From Eledone cirrhosa (lineage: Eukaryota), in the NCBI GenBank assembly GCA_964016885.1, contig OZ024741.1:73470001-73534000 (forward strand): a DNA stretch of 64,000 bases. Direction: 5' to 3'. Position 1 is the stretch's first letter, and each line of letters opens with the position of its first letter. Position numbers and translations under genes: made by a program. The notes below the pieces were generated by a model. The model had not been told where the DNA came from, made no database searches, and worked only from the letters and a program-made list of their open reading frames with translations. Positions 1 to 8,324 of this stretch are shown one piece after another.

Positions 1-69
<69 letters not shown>
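1..69. repeat. Compound (GT)n-(AT)n microsatellite
   Basis: Directly visible: GT dinucleotides to ~42, then AT dinucleotides to ~69. Confidence 0.97.
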
Positions 70-73
<4 letters not shown>

Positions 74-299
74 ACAGTAAAGAAAGACGAACACAGATAT
101 ATAACTATTTTCGTTCAAATCATAAGGGACGGAAAGCACATGGATCCGCGTGCCGGGCGGATCGAATAGAACGTAAGGCTACTAGAAAAATAGCAGCCAG
201 AATCATCCGATATATTAAAAGCTCAACAAAAGCATAGGAGCTCAGTTTATCAAAAATATATATTGAGTTAAAAATTCACAATAGTCCATTATAATCAAA

Positions 300-302
<3 letters not shown>

Positions 303-367
<65 letters not shown>
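303..367. repeat. (AT)n microsatellite
   Basis: Directly visible near-perfect AT run. Confidence 0.97.
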
Positions 368-368
<1 letters not shown>

Positions 369-552
369 GTTATATTTGGGCGGGGGTGAGGGGGGGGCAT
401 GTTGTCAAAATATTGCCAAAGCGTAGTAAAACACACTCAATTTGGTTTGGTTTTCGCTTCATTCCTTTTTTTTTTATTTTTATAAATAATTTAGCTGGCA
501 ATCAATGTTTATCATTGATTGACCAACAGTTAAAAATATAAATATAAATATA

Positions 553-600
553 GTTTCTCAAAATTCTTTCGTCACACATATTTGTGACATCTTCAATAAT
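553..600 (-). ncRNA. Degenerate minimal hammerhead-ribozyme-like motif (Penelope pLTR type)
   Basis: Minus strand reads TTGAAGA-T-GTCACA-aatatg-TGTGAC-GAAA-G-AATT-TTG. This gives a near-CUGANGA box, a perfect 6-bp stem II, a GAAA box and a tiny stem III with palindromic loop. C3, the cleavage triplet and stem I deviate from consensus. Confidence 0.45.
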
Positions 601-821
601 TATTGCTGTGTTTCCTCCCGTTGTGTTTCTATAATGTTTTTCTTTTTTTGTCTGTTTGTGCATGCGTTTGTGTGCGTGTATTCTGTTTGGTGTATGCTCG
701 TGCGTTCGTGTTTATGTGTTTATATTCTTTCTTTGGTCATGAGTATGTGCTTGTGTGTGGGTGTTGTTATTGCATCTGTGTATATTTATATTCAATCTTT
801 GATCACTAGTTTGTGTTTGTA

Positions 822-1260
822 AAACTTACCCCTTTAAGAAAACCCGCTGTACAATAGGAAATGTGTAATATGTAGAGTAAGTCCACAAATAAATTGTAAA
901 GCTAGAAACGTAGTGTATAGTAAAGATGTACAGAGGATGCCTGCAGAAACATAACAACGACGTACATAGGAGAGATAGCCCATAGCATAGGAGAGCGAAT
1001 AGATGAACACTGGAGTGAACTAAAAGGACAAAAATACAATTCAGTACTATATGAACACGCGAGAATAAACCATGATGGTAAAATAGACAACATAGAAGTT
1101 TTAAAAATATCTAAACATAGAAATGATTTCACAATTAGACAAATTAGGGAGGTTACAGAAATAGAATTAAGAATACCTAGGCTGAACAAAAATCATGAAT
1201 AGAATAACAACAACCATACACAAATAATAACTAGTGATCAAAGATAGAATATAAGTATAA
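822..1260 (+). mobile_element. Penelope-like retroelement 3' fragment (GIY-YIG endonuclease remnant, frameshifted) plus start of 3' UTR
   Basis: Manual translation: PFKKTRC / KCVICRVSPQINCKARNVVY (907-918 = NVVY) / frameshift / RCTEDACRNITTTYIGEIAHSIGERIDEHWSELKGQKYNSVLYEHARINHDG...RQIREVTEIELRIPRLNKNHE* (YIGE 963-974, stop 1200-1202). The VVY..C..C..YIGE..R..EH..H...H..R...E....P.LN pattern is the GIY-YIG domain of Penelope-like elements. Not in the ORF track. Confidence 0.85.
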
Positions 1261-1798
1261 ACAAATCACAGTTCACCGTCAACAAATCAGGGACCCACAC
1301 ACTAGAAAGATCCTTCTAATACAACATTATAGAGGAATATGGAGGGCGAATTTTGCCAAATGTTGATGTCTTCCTATTCTACCAGTGTAGTCAAAATCTC
1401 ACTCAGTAAAAACGTATTAATAAGGAAAGATTGTTCATGAGTAAGTACCGACCAAAACTCAATTTTTTACACACTTAAAAAAAAATATTTTAATTAAAAA
1501 ACAAGCCTGAATTACATCCCTTGTAATGAACCATATTCTCATACAAGCGACAAAGCTAAAATCAATTCCGTCTCTTGTGTTCAAACATTTTCGAAAGACT
1601 GCGATGAAAATCTTTTTGAAAAGACTGTAAACACAGCTGGAAAAGGTAAGAGTGAACAAAAATATATGAATAATCATCAAATTGCTTAAAACGTGACTAT
1701 ACAAACATTCTAAATAACCAAGATGTTCATACAGAGCAGAGTATAATATCACATAATAAACGCAGAATCAGTGGTGCGACGAATAAGATTTATTAGAT

Positions 1799-2155
1799 AT
1801 ATTTGTATAAAGCTATGCTTGAAGCGAAATCTTATTTCATTTCTATTATAAGTTGAGCCAACTTATACAACTTCATATGCAAATGAGATTAATCACCTCA
1901 TTTACACAGACGAGAAAACTATATATTCTCGACTGTTTTCAAGTCCAGCAGTCGTAAGCGGTGGGAGGGACCGTCCAGAAGAATGCCAGTCAAGCCAGTC
2001 AAGACGATTGTCTCCCTCGCTTCTGCTGGACTCCACCAGAGGACGTTAGCCTCGGTGTTTGCATAGCTACGGCTTCCTAAAACCGTGTTTCTTTAGAAAT
2101 ACGAAATTTCTATACATATTTGTATAAAGCTATGCTTGAAGCGAAATCTTATTTC
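1799..2155 (-). mobile_element. 317-bp unit bounded by a perfect 40-bp direct repeat, containing a long hairpin; candidate pLTR/retrozyme-like partial tandem
   Basis: ATATTTGTATAAAGCTATGCTTGAAGCGAAATCTTATTTC at 1799-1838 and 2116-2155. Inverted repeat AGTCCAGCAG (1942-1951) / CTGCTGGACT (2023-2032), bracketed on the minus strand by CTGGTGG and TGAAAACAGTC. Confidence 0.5.
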
Positions 2156-2157
2156 TC

Positions 2158-2162
<5 letters not shown>

Positions 2163-2188
<26 letters not shown>
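2163..2188. repeat. (TA)n microsatellite
   Basis: Directly visible. Confidence 0.95.
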
Positions 2189-2190
2189 GT

Positions 2191-2285
2191 AATAATAAAC
2201 GTGAAGACTAAAGTCCGAAGAGGGCTCTTCTGAAGATCCCGTTAAGGGTGAAAGCAGCGATTCTTTGCTCAAACTTTAATCGGTT

Positions 2286-2290
<5 letters not shown>
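2191..2290 (+). ncRNA. Candidate type I hammerhead ribozyme
   Basis: CTGAAGA (2230-2236), stem II CCC-gttaa-GGG, GAAA (2250-2253), stem III AGCAG/TTGCT, cleavage triplet CTC ending at 2270. Distal stem I GACTAAAGT (2206-2214) / ACTTTAATC (2273-2281). Confidence 0.6.

Positions 2291-2291
<1 letters not shown>

Positions 2292-2320
<29 letters not shown>
2292..2320. repeat. (AT)n microsatellite
   Basis: Directly visible. Confidence 0.95.
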
Positions 2321-2323
<3 letters not shown>

Positions 2324-2842
2324 TTTTTCTTCTTGCTCTTGCTCGACGAGGTCGGGATCATCCTAAACCAGCCATTCCAAAGCATCGTAGTATGTAGAAC
2401 CGTCCAGCTCCATCAGTACCCTCCATCGCTGGCGGCCCTGTGCCATCTCCTTTCCATCATCCAAGGTGATGTCAAGCCTCTGGAGATCTTCCCTGATGCC
2501 ATCCAACCATGATTGGATGGCATCTGGTGCGGCGCTTCTTCGAGCCAAAATCCGTGGCGTCGAACGAGAATAAGGCCCTGATAAGATGATCTGGTGGAAA
2601 ACGGAGGACATATCTGTACCAGCGCATGCGGCAGATAGCTATGAGGCGGGAAGCTGTGGGCTGATGCCTGCGCGCACACAACACTTTGTAACGTGGTGGT
2701 CCCATCTAATGTGTTTGATGGTCCGCAGGGCTCTGCTATCAAAGCTGTCGATCCTTTTTGCCAGGGTATTTGGGAGGGCCATGTTTCTGCTCCATAGAGC
2801 AGAACTGGGAGGACCGATGGGTTGTAAAAACGGGACTTCGTC
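2321..2842 (-). mobile_element. 5'-truncated RTE-clade LINE, 3' end (post-RT C-terminus, degraded) with AAG-rich tail
   Basis: Across frameshifts the minus strand gives TKSRFYNPSVLPVLLYGAETW, LAKRIDSFDSRALRTIKHIRWDHHVT, RMRWYRYVLR and WLDGIREDLQRL...AQGRQRWRVL. These are typical RTE C-terminal motifs. The element ends in CAAGAGCAAGAAGAAAAAGAA next to an AT tract. Confidence 0.85.
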
Positions 2843-2881
2843 TATATTTGTTATATATACGTTGTAAATACGTATATATAA

Positions 2882-2956
2882 AAATAAATAAATACATACA
2901 TACATGCAAACAAATAAACATACATACATGCATACAAACATACATACATAATACAT
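2882..2956. repeat. Degenerate (TACA)n tetranucleotide repeat, probable 3' tail of the adjacent minus-strand element
   Basis: Directly visible; abuts the 3' end of the 2957-3565 element. Confidence 0.85.
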
Positions 2957-3565
2957 GGTGGCTGCCAACTCGTTTTCGAGTACGGCCACTACTTTATATC
3001 CATGTAGGAGAACCCCTGCCGATACGCTGAACAAGTGTGACTTTTTAGTCCAGCCAGCGACTTGAAAACTCTGGTACAAACACTACACTTGTGACAATTA
3101 TTGACGCATAGTGCTGGGCCCATGGTACCATGTGATGACAAGTGCAGAGAGATCTCCAGATATAAAGCAATGCCTGTGCCGTGAAGCTTTTATAGTGAGC
3201 AAAGGCACTGCACAAAGCCAGTCCCACTCTCTTAACCAAGATGATGTTTACCAAAAAGAAGAACAAGTCAACATCATTGGATACCATCAGGGTTGCAGGT
3301 GTTATATCAGAGTTTTCCTTCTCCTAGAATTCTGCCTTGATAAGAGCTAAGGGGTCATCTCTCCCGGTGATTTTGGATGGCCATTGACTCTTAAGAGCTC
3401 CTTTGCCCTTTGGCAGGTTTTGTTTTTAGTCCTGCAGGATGTCCAAAGTCACCCTCCTCACCAAGAAACCTTGGTGGTGTTGCCAGTTTAGTCGCCAACG
3501 ACACGACCATGGGACAGGTTGTACTGGGATACATGTTACCAGTAGCACCAACTGGTGACCTGACA
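2957..3565 (-). mobile_element. Short non-autonomous RTE-derived (bipartite) retroelement: 5' UTR-like part fused to a C-terminal zinc-finger remnant
   Basis: Minus strand 3093-3031 translates HKCSVCTRVFKSLAGLKSHTC, resembling the RTE terminal C2H2-type finger. CTAGGAGAAGGAAAACTCTGA (3327-3307) is a motif I recognise from RTE 5' UTRs. The 5' end is structured and there is an (ATGT)n tail, but no endonuclease or RT sequence in between. Confidence 0.6.
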
Positions 3566-3660
3566 TAATATATACATACGTGCGTACATATATATCTATT
3601 TATATATTAATTTAACCTATGACTATCTGTTTATCGACCTTTCTATCTATCCATCTATCT

Positions 3661-6600
3661 AAAATGAAAAATTTGGCACCCCGACGGCTGAACTCCTGCC
3701 GTTTCAACAGTTGGATCTAAAGCCTCAAAGGGTTAATCGGTCGATTTGACCTGGCCGATAGATATCGACTAGATTTTCCGACTGCGCCAACCTGGACTTG
3801 GGCAAATCGTAGCGGATCATCTAGGTCGTACCTAGATAGGTTCTTAGTTAGAATTAAGGATAAGGACTTTTTAAGTTGTCCAAAAATGCGCATGGTTGGC
3901 TATTCAGACCACAAATTAGTGACCTGCATGGTCAACCTTGACAGAACTCATAGACAGGGCCCCGGTTACTGGAAGCTCAACTTGTCCTTGCCGGCAAGTA
4001 GAGCCTACAGGAATCGGATTAGTACGTTAGTTAAGGAACGGTTGACTGGAGCGATCGTCAACAGCAGGTGGTGGGTATCTCTAAAGAGAGAGATTAGAGT
4101 AGTCTCGATAGAATTTAGTAAGGTTCTAGCTGCGGATAGGAATAGGAAGGAAAGGGAGCTAATAGATAGAGTAGAAGAGGCAATTAGAAGCGGCGACGTG
4201 GCCAGAGTGCTAGCGTCGAGAACGGCTTTGAGCCAGTTTTTCGACGCGAAGCACGAAGGCTGCGTTGTCCGAAGTAAAATACGTGCTCTAGGGAACGAGG
4301 GGACCAAAGCTGTTAGCTGGGCCCGCGTGACAGAGGCCAACAGTGGAACTAAATCCACCATCCGGTCTTTGCGAGACCTGGATGGACGGGCGATTCTTGA
4401 GCCTAAGCAGATGTGTGAGGCCTTTCAAAGGCACTTTGCCCGACTGTTCGGGAGGGGCGGGGAGCCGGTTGGGAACGTGGACTTCGGTCCATACCTCGAC
4501 GGCCTGCCGCGCCTCTCGGACAGGGAGGCGAAGTCCTGCGAGGAGCCGATTTCGGCCGCTGAGATAGAGGACGTGCTGAGCCAATGCGGCAAACGCAAAT
4601 CCCCGGGTCTCGATGGTCTTCCTTACGAATTATATCTAGCTATGCCGGACTTGTTCCCCGATCTCCCCGAGGCGGTCTACTGCAACTGGCAACAGAACGG
4701 GAGAATTCCCTGTACTGTGACCAAGGGCGTAGTCACGCTAGTGAGGAAGGACGAGAACAAGGGGGACGAAATAAGTAACTTCAGGCCCATAACACTGCTA
4801 AATACAGAGTTACAGATTTTGGCCAAGGTGCTAGCAAAGAGGTTGGCGCTTGTCGTGGGCAACCTGGTGGGAGATGCGCAGACATGCGCTATCCCGTCCA
4901 GGTCCATCCATGACAACCTCCACCTCATGCGATACATCATAGAGAGGGTTGGGAACGAACCCGGCTTTGGTGGGGCTCTGATCAACTTGGATCAATCTAA
5001 GGCGTTCGATAGGGTCGACCATGGTTACCTGGATGCGGTGCTAGCGGCGGCAGGCTTCGGACCCGTTTTCAGGGGCTGGATCACTGCTATGCACAGCAGC
5101 CGCATCTGCTCTAGGGTCAAGGTGAACGGCTACCTCTCGGAGCCGTTCCAAATCGCGCGGTCCATCCGACAAGGGTGCCCTCTCTCCTCCCTTCTGTATG
5201 TGTTGACTCTCGAGCCACTACTGCGGAAGTTGGAGTTGTTGCAGGGCATCCCCTTGGAACCGGGATTGCGGAAAGCGGTGTCGGCCTACGCCGATGACGT
5301 GACAGTAATGGTGTCGACGGCCTCCGAAATCGAGGCGGTCGGCACCTTACTGGAGGAGTACGAAAGGTTCACAGGGGCTAAGCTGAACCGGGACAAGTCG
5401 ATCGGTTTGCAACTCGGCACGTGGAGGGGCAGACCGATCCCTCCGATAGCGTCGTCGGACGCTGGACGGAGGGCCCGGTGAAGTTGCTCGGGGTCTGGTT
5501 CGGACCGGACCTCCAGGTGGAGAAAAACTGGGCGGAGGTTACGAACAGGGTGTTTGCACTGACCCAGAAGTGGGCCAGTTGCAAACTATCCCTGAAAGGT
5601 CGGGCGGAAGTGGCGAACACCTACATAGCGTCCGTCATCTACTACCGCCTGACCGTAGTGCCCTGCCCAAGGGAAACCCTCACCAAGATGGAGCGCGCGC
5701 TCTTCCAATTCCTTTGGAAGAGGCGGGCTCCTATGGTGAGGAGATCCATCTGCTGTCAACACCCTTCGAAAGGAGGGCTGGGGATGCCGTGGCTAATGAT
5801 GCGTAAACACGCATTAAGGCTACGGCACCTCTACGTATTCCTCACCGGACAACCGGTGTGGGCCTCGTTTGTGAGACGAACCTTTCCCAGACTCGTCTCA
5901 CTCACCGAGCTGCAATCCTGGGTCAAGCAAAGACCGAGAAAACTGGGCGCCTGGCACACTGAGTGTGCCCAGGCGCTCACCGCCCTCTGGCAGGCGGATC
6001 CGGTTATCAGTGGAGACTCCACCGCAACATTCTATAGAGGGCTGGTACGCAGCAGGTGCGACGACGCCCTCGGAGAAGCCCTAGACATGGAGGAGGACGA
6101 ACTGGCCAGCCTGTTCGGTAGGACATTCAGCCCAGGACCTATGGACAACTTCCAGAAGTCCCTGGCCTGGCAGTGCTACCGAGGGGCTTTACCCGTTCGA
6201 GAAAGGCTCTACAGACACGGGCGCCCGGGTAGGGACCCCGCCAAAAAGATCTGTCCCAGATGCGTGTGCGACGAGGAAACCGTTGCACACGCATTGGTAC
6301 ACTGCTCGGGCGTAGCCAATCTGTGGGGCTATGTCGAACAACTGCTGTCAAGGGTGGGACCGATCCGGTTGACCACCGAGTCTATTGTAATGATCAAGCC
6401 GCCTCCCCCCTTCAAAGATGAAGCAGAGGCGGTGTTTCTGTGCGTAATAGCCATGGCGAAAGAGGTTGTATGGTGGACGCGTCTGAAAGGACTGAGGTCA
6501 GGCACCTTTCTCTCTGGCCAACAACTGGTCCGTTTCTTCCGATATCATTTCGGAAGAAGGATCAGGATGGAGAGAGAGGTGCTGCACCCCAGCCGTTTCT

Positions 6601-6931
6601 ATGAAAGATGGGTGAAAGTGGCGAGAATGGCCCGTGTGAATGGGCCTTCACTCTACATCAGACTATAGGTGAGGAAGATGAAAGACCAAGGGAGCACCCC
6701 TTCTCTGTGCTCCTGAGGAGAAGGGTTGCACACTTTTTTCGGGGGTGTGTGCGACCCCCCAAGGCGCCTCCTCTCTATTGAGGATTTTGTTAAAAATTTT
6801 ATTTTTTGTTATATCTTATTTTATTTTTATATTTTGTTATTGCCTCCTCCTTATTGAGGACGCCTTTTTGTGTAAACTCCCCCCTTTGTACTTGTCCCAC
6901 TTTTGATGCCCTAGTGGCAAATAAAAGAAAC
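3661..6931 (+). mobile_element. 5'-truncated Tx1/L1-clade non-LTR retrotransposon inserted in a (TATC)n tract
   Basis: GC-rich block with ORF2 domains, ~260-bp 3' UTR, AATAAA at 6920-6925 and a short A-rich end. TATC-type repeats lie immediately on both sides (3642-3660 and from 6932). Confidence 0.92.
3721..6668 (+). pseudogene. LINE ORF2 (partial APE endonuclease, reverse transcriptase, CCHC knuckle) with one frameshift
   Basis: Frame open from 3721: TWTW...SYLDRFLV...SDH (APE C-terminus), GPGYWKLN, KSPGLDGLP, FRPITLLN, LDQSKAFDRVDH, RQGCPLS, YADD (5287-5298). Frame switch near 5440 into KLLGVWF...KGGLGMP...CPRC..ETVAHALVHC (6252-6305). Stop at 6666-6668. Confidence 0.92.
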
Positions 6932-7080
6932 ATATCTATCTATCTCTCTATCTATCTATCTATTTATCTATCTATCAATCCATCTATCTATCTCGGTAAT
7001 ATTTCAGTTCTAGAGAAGATAGATTGATAGATATATAGATTGATAGATAGAGAGAGAGAGGGGGGAGAGGGGGGGAGAAA
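6932..7080. repeat. (TATC)n followed by (GATA)n and a GA/G-rich tract
   Basis: Directly visible degenerate tetranucleotide and purine repeats. Confidence 0.9.
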
Positions 7081-7364
7081 GACAGAGGCACAGGAGTGAA
7101 AAGGATCACCCCCCACCCCTAATCAAGACACAGTTTAAGATATATCTACATGTTATATGTCAATGCTATTGATTTACACTAACCTTTACACATCACTTGT
7201 AAACTACTCTATTACCCACAAAACCCAGCGAATGGAACCTAATCTATCGATTCAGCATCCAAAAGCATTATCGATTTCTCTACGCTTAATTTAACAGAAC
7301 ATTGGATCGAAGGAAAACTGTTCCTATTTATTTAAACTTCTATTGTTATTTCGTGTGATAATTC

Positions 7365-7675
7365 TTTTTTTTTTTTTTTTTTTTTTTGTATTCTTTCTTA
7401 TCTTTCAATATTTATATAATTATTTTTAACGTTGTTGTTGCTGCTGCTTTTGTTGATGTTGCTGCAGTTGTTGTTATACTGCTGTTGTCGTTGCTGTCGT
7501 TGTGTTTTTGCTGCAGTTAGTTGTTGTTGTTGTTGTTGTGGGGGATGTTGTACTGCAGTTATAGTGCTGTAAAGTTGTAATGTTATTGTTATTGTCGTTA
7601 TTTTTGTTGTTGCTATTGTTCCTATTGTTGCTCTATTGATGTTGTTGTTATTATCAATATCGTTATTGTTGTTGA
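7365..7675. repeat. Poly-T run followed by degenerate (TTG)n/(CTG)n low-complexity tract
   Basis: Directly visible. Confidence 0.85.
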
Positions 7676-7837
7676 GCTGCAGGTCGACCGTAGTTCAACA
7701 AACCTATGAACAAATATGTTCAGACATTCAGACACGGAATTACACTTTACCGTTTTATACTGCGAGGAAAATATTTAGGAGTATAATTCTAGATATGACT
7801 TGCTTGAAGGAGATGTGTCTATTATTTCAAGCTGATC

Positions 7838-7938
7838 CCACCGAGGTTAACTTTGCCTTTCATCCTTACGGTGTCGATAAAATAAAGTACCAGTAATGCA
7901 CTGGGGTAATTACTGGCCTTGTGCCAAATGTAGAAACA
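7838..7938 (+). mobile_element. 5'-truncated SINE with Nin-domain-like core (octopus-type), flanked by a 17-bp target-site duplication
   Basis: CCGAGGTTAACTTTGCCTTTCATCCTTACGGTGTCGATAAAATAAAGTACCAG resembles the conserved Nin-type SINE core as I recall it from octopus SINEs. A perfect ATTATTTCAAGCTGATC lies at 7821-7837 and 7939-7955. Confidence 0.75.
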
Positions 7939-8002
7939 ATTATTTCAAGCTGATCGATTAATCATGTAGAAACATACTTGTATCATAAGGAACTGTCTGT
8001 GT

Positions 8003-8047
8003 TTAGTGTGTTGTTGTTGTTGTTATTGTTGTTGTTTTTGTTTTTGT
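8003..8047. repeat. (TTG)n microsatellite
   Basis: Directly visible. Confidence 0.9.
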
Positions 8048-8086
8048 CTTACCATCCCTTGGCGATCCTATTTTTATACAATAGAG

Positions 8087-8228
8087 CAGTGGTTCCCAAA
8101 GTGGGTTCCAAAAAAGGTAGAGGAGTAGTTTTATATTACGACTATATAACAGTATTAGACTTTGGGGTTCCCCAAAAAGGTTCTGAATCAAAAAGGGTTC
8201 GACGTTCGAAAAATTTTGGAAAACCCTG
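8087..8228. mobile_element. hAT (Charlie-like) MITE, ~142 bp
   Basis: Termini CAGTGGTTCCCAAA ... TTTGGAAAACCCTG (11/14 inverted match). The 8-bp flanks CAATAGAG (8079-8086) and CAGTGGAG (8229-8236) match 6/8, consistent with a decayed 8-bp TSD. Confidence 0.7.
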
Positions 8229-8324
8229 CAGTGGAGGAAATATGAAGGCGTGTGGCCGATGTTTATCGGAGATTGTCCTCGGAAGAGGCTCTACCGTTAG
8301 CTTACTACACGCTTTCAATGACTG

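Noticed and set aside
70-300. Possible further ribozyme between microsatellites (hairpins GGCTACTA/TAGCAGCC and GAAAGCAC/GTGC)
   Set aside because: Hairpins are present, but CUGANGA, GAAA and NUH cannot be assembled on one strand.
1-822. Short ORFs 1-237, 603-809 and 634-822
   Set aside because: Translations of GT/AT microsatellite and low-complexity DNA.
902-1189. 95-aa minus-strand ORF
   Set aside because: Antisense shadow of the plus-strand GIY-YIG remnant.
2321-3565. One single internally deleted RTE element spanning both fragments
   Set aside because: Each part has its own 3' end and tail (AAG-rich versus ATGT), so two insertions are more likely.
4005-6351. Small overlapping and antisense ORFs within the LINE
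   Set aside because: Expected shadows of a GC-rich coding region, with no recognisable motifs.
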